DNA from: an uncultured Candidatus Izemoplasmatales bacterium | Lineage (GTDB): Bacteria > Bacillota_I > Bacilli_A > Izemoplasmatales > Hujiaoplasmataceae | Assembly (NCBI GenBank): GCA_964461565.1 | Contig: CAYWUZ010000002.1 | Location: forward strand, 28,366-92,365 | Direction of reading: 5' to 3' | Length of the DNA: 64,000 nt | Part shown: in pieces, positions 48,612-58,674 of the stretch | How positions within the stretch are numbered: the stretch's first letter is position 1 | Layout of the letters: each line of letters starts with the position of its first letter | The notes under the pieces: model-generated | What the model was told of the DNA's origin: nothing | The model's database searches: none | The model's input: only the letters and a program-made list of their open reading frames with translations | Program-made: the position numbers and the translations under genes

Positions 48612-50291
48612 TTAACTTCTTATTAGTAATTCTCTTGCAATATTTCTTGCAGAATCAGTGACTTCTTCAGCACTCATCATTTGTGCTATTTCTTCCACAC
48701 GTTCTTCATATGATAAGTAATTAACAATCACTTTAGTTTGATTATTGATTACTTGTTTTTTTATAGATAAATGGTGAATTCCTTCCGCAACAACTTGTGG
48801 TATATGGGTAATGGAAATCACTTGAGCAAACTGAGCTGTTTCTGAGATTTTTCTACCGATTTTTTTGGCAATATATCCGCTAATACCTGTATCAATTTCA
48901 TCAAAAATAATGGTTGGTATTTTCTGGCTTTTTGCAAATATTGTTTTAAAGGTCAACATAACACGGCTCATCTCTCCCCCACTAGCCGTTTTAGACAGTG
49001 GTTTCAATGGTTCGCCCTTATTCGTTGATATTAAGAAATCAACTTGATCTATACCATCTGATTTAAATTGATGGCGATTAAATTTATCTTTGAATTCAAT
49101 CTGATGAAATTCTATTTTAAAGTCAGCGTACTTAATTTCTAATTCTTTTAATGTTTCAATGATTTCGCTGGTAATTTTTGTGGCGATAGTTTGACGCAAA
49201 TTAGAAAGTATTTGTGCTTGTTCTACTAATGCTAAATACTCCTTCTCTAAAATCGCTTCTTTTTCAATAATTAAATCATCAAAGTTTTCAATATCATTAA
49301 TTGTTTGAGATAATTCTTCTTGATAGATGATTAATTCAGAAATATCTTTATCATATTTTTTTTGGATTTTTTCTAAATCATTGATTCGTTCATTCATTGA
49401 CTCTAATTCACTAGGATCATAATCTAGAGATTCTTGCTTATCTTCTATGACTTCATTAATGTCTTTTAATTCATAATATAGATTATTTAATCTCTCTGAT
49501 AAATCTTTAAAATCCTTACTCGTATCTTCTATGCCTTCGATATTAGATTTAATACGATATAAATTTTCAATTAATCCTTGATCATTTAGCAAGGCATTGC
49601 TTTCAGCTAAGTTATAATTAATCTTATCAATATTATTTAAAACATTTACTTTTTCATTTAATTCTTCTAACTCATTATTCATTAGATTTAATTTAGATAA
49701 TTCTTTAAGTTGAAATTGAAACAAGTCTAATTGTTTCATCGTTTCAGCTTTTTTATTTTTTAAATTTAAATAATCATCATATGCTTTTAAATAGTCTGAT
49801 AATTTTAATTGATAATATTGAATATATTCATTGACCTTATCTTTTCTAAAATGATCAATGAGCCTTATATAATTTTCAGGGTTAATTAAAGAAGTTGTAT
49901 CAAATTGCGAATGGATATCTGCTAAGTAAGTAGAGATATCATTAATGATTTTTAATGATACTTTTTGATCATTAATTTTAATAACATTTTGATTATCTTT
50001 TGAGATAATTCTTTGAATGGTTATCTCATCTTGATAATCAATGTCATAATGATTTAATAAATTCTTTAATTGACTATGTTTCACTTCAAAAACACCAATA
50101 ACTGTCGCTTCATCAGCTTTATTTCTAATCATAGTTTTATCTGCACGCTCACCTAATAATAATGAAATTGCATCAATAAGAATACTTTTACCAGCCCCAG
50201 TTTCTCCTGTTAACACAGTCATCCCTGAATAAAAGTCTAATTCAATGTCATCAATAATCGCAAATTGTTTTATTTTAAGTTTTTTGAGCAT
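48612..50291 (-). CDS. recN: DNA repair protein RecN
   Basis: 559 aa SMC-like protein with Walker A GETGAGKSI, a long coiled-coil middle and C-terminal ASGGEMSR. Confidence 0.93.
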   Translation of the reverse strand: MLKKLKIKQFAIIDDIELDFYSGMTVLTGETGAGKSILIDAISLLLGERADKTMIRNKADEATVIGVFEVKHSQLKNLLNHYDIDYQDEITIQRIISKDNQNVIKINDQKVSLKIINDISTYLADIHSQFDTTSLINPENYIRLIDHFRKDKVNEYIQYYQLKLSDYLKAYDDYLNLKNKKAETMKQLDLFQFQLKELSKLNLMNNELEELNEKVNVLNNIDKINYNLAESNALLNDQGLIENLYRIKSNIEGIEDTSKDFKDLSERLNNLYYELKDINEVIEDKQESLDYDPSELESMNERINDLEKIQKKYDKDISELIIYQEELSQTINDIENFDDLIIEKEAILEKEYLALVEQAQILSNLRQTIATKITSEIIETLKELEIKYADFKIEFHQIEFKDKFNRHQFKSDGIDQVDFLISTNKGEPLKPLSKTASGGEMSRVMLTFKTIFAKSQKIPTIIFDEIDTGISGYIAKKIGRKISETAQFAQVISITHIPQVVAEGIHHLSIKKQVINNQTKVIVNYLSYEERVEEIAQMMSAEEVTDSARNIARELLIRS

Positions 50292-50299
50292 AGCATCAC

Positions 50300-52132
50300 C
50301 TACGGTTTTAGGATTGTATTTATAATAGATACTTCATCAAGATGATATTGTTTATATATTTCAGATTGAGAACCATGTTCTATAAATTCATCAGGTAATC
50401 CAAGAATCTTCACCTTTAATGACTGATTACTATCAGATAGATATTCAAGAATCGATGATCCTAATCCAGAAATCTTAGTCACATCTTCCAATACAAACGT
50501 TGGAAGTTTTGAATCTATGATTTGATTTAATGTTAATTCATCCATCGGTTTAATGAATAAAGCATTATAGATATTAATATTGAGTTTATGATTATTGATA
50601 TAATCATACATTCTTTTGAAGTTATCTCCATATGCAATTAAATTAGCTTTTCCTTCAAATAAATAACTTTTCCATAATGGTTTGGTTATTTGATCATAAG
50701 TTTCATTTTTGTATATTTCAATATCGTTACGAGAATATCTAACAGCAACTGACTTATCAGCAATATTAAAGGCGTAATCAAATAATTGCCATGCTTCGAC
50801 AGCGTTTGAAGGTTGAACGATTTCAATATTTGGAATGTGCTTAAGGAAAGCTATATCATAAATCCCTTGGTGTGTGTCACCGTCTCCACCTACAACACCA
50901 GCCCGATCAATTCCTAAGACAATTTTTAAATTTTGTCTAGTTAAATCATGAAGAACTTGATCATATGCTCTTTGTAGAAAAGATGAATATATTGGTAAAA
51001 ACACATCGAAATCTTTTGATAAGGCTGAAGAAAAACAAACAGAGAATGCTTCACATATACCGACATCAATTATTTTTTCAGGATATGTTTGTTCAAATTC
51101 AGATAAACCAGATCCTAGAATCATTGCGGGAACAATGATTTTAAATCGATCATTCTTTTTAGCGTAATGAATCATATAGTCTGAAACAATATTACTCCAA
51201 GAAGCTTGATTTTCTTGTTTTTTTATTTTAGTTAAGCCAGTTTCTACATCAAAAGGTGAAACACCATGCCATGAACCATCTTTATCGTTTTCTGCATGTT
51301 CATAACCTTTCCCTTTAGATGTGACCACATGTAAAACGACTGGTTTATTCTTATTCTTAGCTATTTCTAAAAACTTAATTAATGTTTTAACATCATGCCC
51401 ATCAATTGGACCATAATAAGAAAATCCTAATTCATCAAAAATTGTAATATTATTGGCAAATCCTCGAATCATATTCGCAGTTCTTACTTTAACATTATAA
51501 AAAAACTTTGGTAATCTTCGTTTAGATTTTTTTGCCATAGCGTAGAATTTAGAACTTCTCATTTTATTCAATAATTTATTAAGTCGTCCAACGTTTTTTG
51601 ATATTGATTGGTCATTATCGTTTAAAATAATGATTGGTTGAAGGTTTGAATGACCCAAGAAATTTAATGCTTCAAATGATAGGCCACTATTTAAAGACCC
51701 ATCCCCAACAACTGCGATATTTTTATATGTTTCATTGTGTTCTTTTCTAATCACTTCAAAACCACTTATAGCGGATATAGCGGTCGATGAATGTCCGGCT
51801 TCCCAATGGTCATGTACAGATTCTTCTCTCTTTTGATAGCCTGATAAGCCTTTATATTGTCTTAAAGTAGAAAAATCTTCTGCTCTTCCTGTTAATATTT
51901 TATGAACATAACTTTGATGACCTACATCAAAGACAATTCGATCAATGGGTGAATTAAATACTTTATGAATCGCTATTGTTAATTCCACTACACCTAGGTT
52001 TGATGCTAAATGCCCACCGGTTTTAGATATGTTTTCAATCAAAAAAGAACGAATATCTTCAGATAATTCGTTAAGTTGCTTAATTGATAAATCTTTAAGA
52101 AATTGAGGGTCCTTGATGTCAAATAAGTTCAT
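50300..52132 (-). CDS. dxs: 1-deoxy-D-xylulose-5-phosphate synthase
   Basis: 610 aa with GHQSYVHKILTGR and GDGSLNSG TPP-binding motifs. Confidence 0.93.
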   Translation of the reverse strand: MNLFDIKDPQFLKDLSIKQLNELSEDIRSFLIENISKTGGHLASNLGVVELTIAIHKVFNSPIDRIVFDVGHQSYVHKILTGRAEDFSTLRQYKGLSGYQKREESVHDHWEAGHSSTAISAISGFEVIRKEHNETYKNIAVVGDGSLNSGLSFEALNFLGHSNLQPIIILNDNDQSISKNVGRLNKLLNKMRSSKFYAMAKKSKRRLPKFFYNVKVRTANMIRGFANNITIFDELGFSYYGPIDGHDVKTLIKFLEIAKNKNKPVVLHVVTSKGKGYEHAENDKDGSWHGVSPFDVETGLTKIKKQENQASWSNIVSDYMIHYAKKNDRFKIIVPAMILGSGLSEFEQTYPEKIIDVGICEAFSVCFSSALSKDFDVFLPIYSSFLQRAYDQVLHDLTRQNLKIVLGIDRAGVVGGDGDTHQGIYDIAFLKHIPNIEIVQPSNAVEAWQLFDYAFNIADKSVAVRYSRNDIEIYKNETYDQITKPLWKSYLFEGKANLIAYGDNFKRMYDYINNHKLNINIYNALFIKPMDELTLNQIIDSKLPTFVLEDVTKISGLGSSILEYLSDSNQSLKVKILGLPDEFIEHGSQSEIYKQYHLDEVSIINTILKP

Positions 52133-52133
52133 A

Positions 52134-52346
52134 TTATTCTTGGTTAAAATCCTCTAATTGATCATCGTTCATTAATTTAACGATGATTTTTTCAGCTTCT
52201 TTTAATTCTTTATGACAAAGTTTTGCTAATTCGATACCCTCATTATATAATTTTACAGATTCATCTAATGATAATTCACCAGACTCTAATTTCTTAACTA
52301 AAGATTCTAATGTTTGTAAGTTTTCTTCAAAACTAGGTTTACTCAT
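52134..52346 (-). CDS. xseB: Exodeoxyribonuclease VII small subunit
   Basis: 70 aa, FEENLQTLESLVKKLESGELSLDESVKLYNEG. Confidence 0.9.
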   Translation of the reverse strand: MSKPSFEENLQTLESLVKKLESGELSLDESVKLYNEGIELAKLCHKELKEAEKIIVKLMNDDQLEDFNQE

Positions 52347-53625
52347 GATTTTTTCCTTTCATTTCTAAAATCTTACATGTTAATTCTCCATCATGCATAG
52401 CGATATCGATATTCTTTAAAATATCTATCTCTTTTGTTGATTTGATGATTTGATGATCTTGTTTAACCAAAGCATAACCTTTAGTCATAATTGATAATGG
52501 GTTAACATGTTCTAAAGATTCCGTTAATCGAACAAATTGATATTGTTTGATTTCTAATCTATGTTGATATGTACTTAATAAAGTTTTATTTAATTGTTTT
52601 ACTTTTTCTTTATTGCTTTGAATTAAGTTTTTAGGGTTATTCTTGATTAGATTATCATAGGTATGCATATACTTTAGTTCTTGCGTTTGCATGATTCTTA
52701 ATGGTTGTTTAAATACATTCGCTGATACTAAAGTCAAGTATTTTGTCTTTAACTTAGAATAATCATTGGCTAAAGATTGATTTAATCTTGATTTATACTG
52801 AGATATTAAATTGAAAACATCTTTATGATGAGGCACAACCATTTCCGCCGCATGTGAAGGCGTTGAAGCTCTTTTATCTGCGACAAAATCAGCGATAGTA
52901 AAGTCAGTTTCATGACCAACTGCGGAAATAATCGGAATTTTAGAATGATAGATTGCTCTGGCGACTATTTCTTCATTAAAGGGCCATAAATCTTCAATAG
53001 ATCCACCACCACGACCAACGATTAATACATCAACAAGGCAATCTTTATTGGCGTTATTAATTTGATTAACAATCTCATTCTTAGCAAACACACCTTGAAC
53101 AGCTGCCGGATAGATAATGATTTTTGTTAAGGGAAATCTTTGAGAAATCACATTGATAATATCTCTCACCGCAGCTCCAGTTTTTGATGTAATAACACCA
53201 ACTGTTTTTGGATACATTGGTAATTCAAGTTTATGTTCTTCTTTAAATAATCCTTCAGTTTCTAAATTCTTTTTTAACTTCTCATAGGCTAAATATAAAT
53301 CGCCTATACCATCAACTTCCATTTTTGTAATATAAACCTGATAATTACCATAAGGTTCATAAACAGAAACATAGCCAGACACAATAATTTTATCACCATC
53401 TTTAGGATCAAAATTAAGTGTTTTAGTATGACTAGAAAACATCACTGCGGATATTTGAGATTGGTCATCTTTTAAAGTTAAGTAAAGATGTCCACGAGAG
53501 TGTTTTTTAAAATTTGAAATTTCTGCTTTTAAAAGAATTGACTGTAATTCTGAATCAGAATCAAATTTAAATTTAAGATAACGGTTTAATGCAGTTACAG
53601 TTAAATATCTAGACATCTTGATCAC
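52339..53625 (-). CDS. xseA: Exodeoxyribonuclease VII large subunit
   Basis: 428 aa with an OB-fold N-terminus (SRGHLYLTLKD) and GRGGGSIEDLWPFNEE. Confidence 0.92.
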   Translation of the reverse strand: MIKMSRYLTVTALNRYLKFKFDSDSELQSILLKAEISNFKKHSRGHLYLTLKDDQSQISAVMFSSHTKTLNFDPKDGDKIIVSGYVSVYEPYGNYQVYITKMEVDGIGDLYLAYEKLKKNLETEGLFKEEHKLELPMYPKTVGVITSKTGAAVRDIINVISQRFPLTKIIIYPAAVQGVFAKNEIVNQINNANKDCLVDVLIVGRGGGSIEDLWPFNEEIVARAIYHSKIPIISAVGHETDFTIADFVADKRASTPSHAAEMVVPHHKDVFNLISQYKSRLNQSLANDYSKLKTKYLTLVSANVFKQPLRIMQTQELKYMHTYDNLIKNNPKNLIQSNKEKVKQLNKTLLSTYQHRLEIKQYQFVRLTESLEHVNPLSIMTKGYALVKQDHQIIKSTKEIDILKNIDIAMHDGELTCKILEMKGKNHE

Positions 53626-53989
53626 TCAAACCATCAACGATGTTTTGTAATAAACGATTATTAAATTTCTTCGCTAAATCATCATCTAAGTTCGAATACT
53701 TTTTTGTTAATTCTAATGCTTCATTCATCACAACTTCTTTGGGTTGTTTTAAATGGATTAATTCATATACTGCATATCGAATAATTGCTAAATCGACGTA
53801 ATTTAAACGTTGAATGGACCAATTCGTTAAATTCTTTTCGATTAACTCATCTATCTCTTCTACAAATTCTTTATATACATTGAAGGCAGATAAAAGTTCT
53901 GACTCATAATCACTAAACTCTTGATCAGGATTCATCATATCAGAATATATTAATTTTATTATTTCTTCTCTAAATTCTTTTCTATTCAT
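53609..53989 (-). CDS. nusB: Transcription antitermination factor NusB
   Basis: 126 aa. NusB-like helical protein immediately upstream of xseA, which is the conserved Firmicutes order. Confidence 0.88.
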   Translation of the reverse strand: MNRKEFREEIIKLIYSDMMNPDQEFSDYESELLSAFNVYKEFVEEIDELIEKNLTNWSIQRLNYVDLAIIRYAVYELIHLKQPKEVVMNEALELTKKYSNLDDDLAKKFNNRLLQNIVDGLSDQDV

Positions 53990-54084
53990 TGGTTTATAAA
54001 CACAATCCTTTCAAAGTAACATCAATATAACGACGAACTATTTTACCACAAAAACTAAGGTTATTAAAGACATAATCATCAGGG

Positions 54085-56757
54085 TCAATCAATTTCATTG
54101 CCAGCATAAGCGCCTTTAATTAAGTCTATCTTTAATCTTTCTAAATCTGCCTTGACTAAACTTTCATCATTATGACTATAAATGATATGATTAAATCGTT
54201 TGTGTAAGATAGAGACAATCTCCATAGAAAACTCATGATTAAAAAGCTGCGGTTGAATCATATAATAATCAGTTAAAGTCATTTTGTCTAAGATGCTAAA
54301 ATCTGACAAGTCACCTTTTAAGGCAATTGATACTTTCTTTTCATTTAAATAATTAATGTCTTCTTTGCTTAAAGACAAATAAGCGTCGATTGAAAGTAAC
54401 CAAGTCACTTGATGATGATTAATTAAGTCAATACGTCTTAATAAATAATTAAATGCTTTTTTAGATTTGATTGATTCAATTGAAATAGGAACAATCCATC
54501 TCATATTTCTTCCTAATGCTTTTGCATCATTGATTAATGTGTTCACCAATAAACGGTCGAAATGAATATTCAACCCATTTTTAGATAAAACATATTCAAC
54601 TTTACAAGGGTCAGTTAATATATTGAGATGATGATAGTCAACTTCAATATGACTAATTTTTTGTGTGCGCCAGTTTTTAATATAATCTTGTTTTAATTTT
54701 AAATTTTTATTATTAATCAACTTATTGATTGTTTCAAGATATAAATACTCTATTTCTTTTTCTTTTCTAATAAATTTATCAGAAAAAATAAATTTATCTT
54801 CTGTTGATGTATAAGCTAATAGATAATTAAGTTTGTCGATGACTAGAGATTCATTTTCATTCATTAATTGATATGAAAATCTTAAATCAAAAGATAATCC
54901 AAGAAATAGACTAGATTTTTCACTTAACCGTTCAGGTATACGTTTATCTCGTGTATCTAACAAGATATATATCAAGTGATTAGCAATGAACTTATAATCA
55001 AGCAAATGATTATTGGATAACTTCGGTAATTCATTGATATATAATTGAAGTTGTTCTTGATAATTGTTATAGCCTAATTTTGAGATTAATGTTTTATAAT
55101 TGGATATCTCAAGCAATAAGATTGAGTGTTCTTGGTGTTTAACCCATAAATTTTCTGTTTTAGCAGGATTTTCTTTAGATTCTTCTATCAATAAGTAAAC
55201 ATCAAAATCAAGCGTATAAGAAATGATTTTAAGCTGTTTGCCTGAATACGTCACTTCAAACGATTTATTTTGAGAAAGTTCATCTAAATAGATAATTGAA
55301 TCTAATTGTTTTTGAAAATCATCAAACTGCATAAATAACAGATCTGTATTTAATAAAGTATGTGCATAATCATTCATCAAGATGATTTGATGATTTGAAA
55401 TTTTGAATAACCCAATATTTTTCATATCTAAAAGAGACTTTAATGATGTAACTAGTTGATTGTTTTGTGTTCTCATATTAAATTCTAGTAATTTTTCTTT
55501 TAAAACATGACTTGTTAATATTGTTAGTTTTTTTGCTAAATCAAAAAATTGTTGGCTGGTGTATGTTAATAAATATTCACTGTCATTGATTTTTTCAAGG
55601 AAAATATAGTCAACATCATCTTCAACATAAATAAAAGATTCAATTAATTGTCTTGGATATGTTTGTTTATGTTCACCTTTAAAAATATCATCAATAATTA
55701 AATGATATTGATCTAAGGCTTTCTCAAGTAAGAGTTTTTTAGAATAATGTAATAATTGGACTTTAGCATCAATAATTTTAAGATAAACAATTTTTTTGAA
55801 AACTCTAGTTTCATCTAAATTAAGAAAGATATCACGAATAAGGTCTCTTTCTTTTTGATGAATGACATGATTTTTCATATGATTTAATAATACATTAAAG
55901 TAATTAAAATCATCAAAACTGATTGTCTCTCTACCTTTGAGTTCAATAATGATGTTATTTGCTTCAATATAGGCATCCTGATTGATCTCTTTTAACATTA
56001 TCAGTGCCGATGAGAAAAAGTTTAATTTCGTTTGAATTGAAGCTTGTTCAAGAACTTTTTCTTTATATCTTGTATAAAATTCATAAGCATCAGTTTTTCT
56101 GTTTAGTGCTAAAGATATCCTTATAAAACGATTGAGATAGGATAGTTTACGATTTGATTTAATAAAAAAATCTTCATATTTCTTCATTGAATCAACATAA
56201 TTTGCATCATAGTATTGTAAATCTGATTCAACTAAAAGAAAGATATCATTTACTTTTTGTTTATCAAAGATGATCGCATGTTTATATGATTTATAAGCTA
56301 GTTCTTTATTCTTATTTTCTAAATAAAGTAAGGCTAGTTTCAAATATTTATTGGTTAAATTTTGACTAGATATTGTATCTTCTATTCTTTCTAATGATTC
56401 AATTGCTTTATCTATTTCTTTAAGACCCTCATAACATATGGCTAAATAAAACAAATGAATTGATTTTGCTTTAGAGGTTTCTAAATACTTTTCTTTTGAT
56501 AATAAAATATTAAGTAATGAAGGATAATCCTCAATTTCTAAAAGCAATTCAATATATAAATCATGCAATTTTACAATATCATGGTGATTATCTAAGGAAG
56601 CATTGTTCTTTATATAGTTTAAGTAAAGGGTAGCTTCTTTATAATACTTTTTGTTAAACATTTCTTTGAAAGTAGCTTCAACTGAATCCATTAACAAAAA
56701 TCCTTTATCATTTAAAGGAATTTTATAATCTTGATTCACTTGATTACTTTCATTCAT
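54085..56757 (-). CDS. Large cytoplasmic protein: TPR-like N-terminus, PAS-like segment, degenerate GGDEF-like and degenerate EAL-like domains
   Basis: 890 aa. The C-terminal ~220 aa follow the EAL-domain spacing, but every catalytic motif is replaced. The preceding ~120 aa look GGDEF-like, with KFIANH in place of GGDEF. Confidence 0.6.
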   Translation of the reverse strand: MNESNQVNQDYKIPLNDKGFLLMDSVEATFKEMFNKKYYKEATLYLNYIKNNASLDNHHDIVKLHDLYIELLLEIEDYPSLLNILLSKEKYLETSKAKSIHLFYLAICYEGLKEIDKAIESLERIEDTISSQNLTNKYLKLALLYLENKNKELAYKSYKHAIIFDKQKVNDIFLLVESDLQYYDANYVDSMKKYEDFFIKSNRKLSYLNRFIRISLALNRKTDAYEFYTRYKEKVLEQASIQTKLNFFSSALIMLKEINQDAYIEANNIIIELKGRETISFDDFNYFNVLLNHMKNHVIHQKERDLIRDIFLNLDETRVFKKIVYLKIIDAKVQLLHYSKKLLLEKALDQYHLIIDDIFKGEHKQTYPRQLIESFIYVEDDVDYIFLEKINDSEYLLTYTSQQFFDLAKKLTILTSHVLKEKLLEFNMRTQNNQLVTSLKSLLDMKNIGLFKISNHQIILMNDYAHTLLNTDLLFMQFDDFQKQLDSIIYLDELSQNKSFEVTYSGKQLKIISYTLDFDVYLLIEESKENPAKTENLWVKHQEHSILLLEISNYKTLISKLGYNNYQEQLQLYINELPKLSNNHLLDYKFIANHLIYILLDTRDKRIPERLSEKSSLFLGLSFDLRFSYQLMNENESLVIDKLNYLLAYTSTEDKFIFSDKFIRKEKEIEYLYLETINKLINNKNLKLKQDYIKNWRTQKISHIEVDYHHLNILTDPCKVEYVLSKNGLNIHFDRLLVNTLINDAKALGRNMRWIVPISIESIKSKKAFNYLLRRIDLINHHQVTWLLSIDAYLSLSKEDINYLNEKKVSIALKGDLSDFSILDKMTLTDYYMIQPQLFNHEFSMEIVSILHKRFNHIIYSHNDESLVKADLERLKIDLIKGAYAGNEID

Positions 56758-56759
56758 AT

Positions 56760-57260
56760 TTAAACCTCTTTAAATTGTTTAACAACTTCTTTGGTTTTTA
56801 GATTAATGACAGCTATTTGTATACCTAATTCATCGATATATACTTTCATATAACTAGGAAAGGGGTATGATTTTCGGTAAGATAAAGCTCCTGGATTTAA
56901 GATGATAAGATTTTCTTTTTTTTGCAGGTCTATTCTATGTGTATGTCCATAACATACAACATCAGCCTTTAATCGTTCTGATTTTTTTATCAGTCGACTT
57001 AAACCAAATTTAACATTATACAAATGTCCATGAGTAAAAAAGAACCAATGATGATGTATTTTCTCAGAAATATCATATGGCACTCTTGGTGCAAAAGGAT
57101 AATTTCCCTTAACTGAAACTATATTCAGTTCTTCTAAGAATTCTTTAGAAAAACCAGAATCTCCTAAACAATAGATTCTGTCATGTATTTTTTCATATTC
57201 AAGCATTTCCATTAATGCGTTATTATCACCATGGGTATCAGAAAAAATCAGGATAATCAT
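56760..57260 (-). CDS. YfcE/YsnB-family metallophosphoesterase
   Basis: 166 aa with the motifs SDTHGD, GD, GN and GHTH. Overlaps the rdgB end by 23 nt. Confidence 0.85.
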   Translation of the reverse strand: MIILIFSDTHGDNNALMEMLEYEKIHDRIYCLGDSGFSKEFLEELNIVSVKGNYPFAPRVPYDISEKIHHHWFFFTHGHLYNVKFGLSRLIKKSERLKADVVCYGHTHRIDLQKKENLIILNPGALSYRKSYPFPSYMKVYIDELGIQIAVINLKTKEVVKQFKEV

Positions 57261-57828
57261 TTTTCAAATCCTTTAGTAATAAGTCTATTGCTTTTCCTCT
57301 ATGAGAAAACTTATTTTTTTCTTTTAAAGTGAGTTCTGCTAGAGTTTTCTTAATAGAATCTATTTCAAACAAGGGATCATAACCAAAGCCTTGATTTCCT
57401 CTAGGTGCTTCTAAAATATTGCCACTTAACTCACCTTCATAAAATCTTGGCTCTTGAAAAGGCATGATTAAACATATGGTCGTATGGAAATATGCTTTTC
57501 TATTTGTTTCACCTTTTAGTTTCATTAAAAGTAATTCGTTATTTTTAATATCAGTCATTTCTTTAGAAAAACGTTTAGAATGAACCCCTAATTCATCAGG
57601 CAACATATCGACCAATAAACCAGAATCATCAGCTATACATGGTAGATGTGTCATTCTATAGACAGTATCAGCTTTTAAAAAAGCATTTCGTTTAAAGGTT
57701 GTTTCAGTTTCAGGTATAAAATCAACAGGCAAAATATCTTTATATGGTATTAACTTTATTGGTTTTAACTTATCTTGATATTCTTTGATTTTGCCAGGAT
57801 TATCACTGACAATAATAATTTCACTCAT
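57238..57828 (-). CDS. rdgB: Non-canonical purine NTP (XTP/dITP) pyrophosphatase
   Basis: 196 aa Ham1 family, with the motifs ADDSGL, FGYDPLF and SHRGKA. Confidence 0.9.
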   Translation of the reverse strand: MSEIIIVSDNPGKIKEYQDKLKPIKLIPYKDILPVDFIPETETTFKRNAFLKADTVYRMTHLPCIADDSGLLVDMLPDELGVHSKRFSKEMTDIKNNELLLMKLKGETNRKAYFHTTICLIMPFQEPRFYEGELSGNILEAPRGNQGFGYDPLFEIDSIKKTLAELTLKEKNKFSHRGKAIDLLLKDLKNDYPDFF

Positions 57829-57848
57829 GATAGAAAAAAAGTTAAGAA

Positions 57849-58532
57849 TTATCTTAACTTAATCTTTCTCCCATTAAGCCATTTTGAAAACTTTTCAATG
57901 TTCTCATTATGCCCAACAAATAATAACTCATCGTTCTCTCCAAAAGGTGTTTCTGATGAAGGTATAATGATTTTATTGTTACGTCTTATAGCAACAATGT
58001 TAACATTAAAGTTTCGACGAATATCTAATTCTAATAAGTTTTTACCAATAATTTTATCTGTTGCTTTCATAGTGATGAAACTATAATCAACATCAAGTTC
58101 GATATAGTCTAAAAAACTACTAGAAACTAATACTTTTGCTAGACGAATACCTGTTGATCTTTCAGGCCAAATGAGATGTTCATGATCCACACCAAGTTTT
58201 TCAACGACTTTAGCGTGGTATTCAGATTGAATTTTTACAAACACTTCTTTAACCCCTAAATCCATGAGTATTAAAGTTGTTAAAATTGAATTATCAACAT
58301 CCATCCCTGTTGCGACAACAACTTTATCGTAATTTGCTATACCAACTTCTCTCAATGCTTCAATATCGGTTGAATCTAAGCATACAGTATTCGTTAAAGC
58401 TTTAGCAATCTTTTCAATCTTTTCATAATCTTTATCAATGACCAATACTTCTGCTTCTAATTTAATGAGTTCTTCGACTAAAGCACGTCCAAAACGGCCT
58501 AAGCCAATCACTGCAAATGATGGTTTTGACAT
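57849..58532 (-). CDS. ktrA: K+ uptake system RCK-domain regulatory subunit (KtrA/TrkA type)
   Basis: 227 aa with Rossmann motif IGLGRFG (TrkA-N) followed by a TrkA-C domain. Confidence 0.82.
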   Translation of the reverse strand: MSKPSFAVIGLGRFGRALVEELIKLEAEVLVIDKDYEKIEKIAKALTNTVCLDSTDIEALREVGIANYDKVVVATGMDVDNSILTTLILMDLGVKEVFVKIQSEYHAKVVEKLGVDHEHLIWPERSTGIRLAKVLVSSSFLDYIELDVDYSFITMKATDKIIGKNLLELDIRRNFNVNIVAIRRNNKIIIPSSETPFGENDELLFVGHNENIEKFSKWLNGRKIKLR

Positions 58533-58674
58533 ATTATCACATCCTTACTTATAATATTAATTATACTTGAAAAGCGCCTTTTGTCAATCGACTTAACATT
58601 TATTTGCCTGCTCTCTATACTTTTTATTTGAATTAAGTTATAATGTTAATGTTATAAATTTAGCGAGGTGACTT

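Noticed and set aside
58533-58674. c-di-AMP (ydaO/kimA-type) riboswitch upstream of ktrA.
   Set aside because: The 142-nt divergent region holds a TTGACA-16-TATAAT promoter only about 35 nt from the ATG. That leaves no room for a ~130-nt riboswitch.
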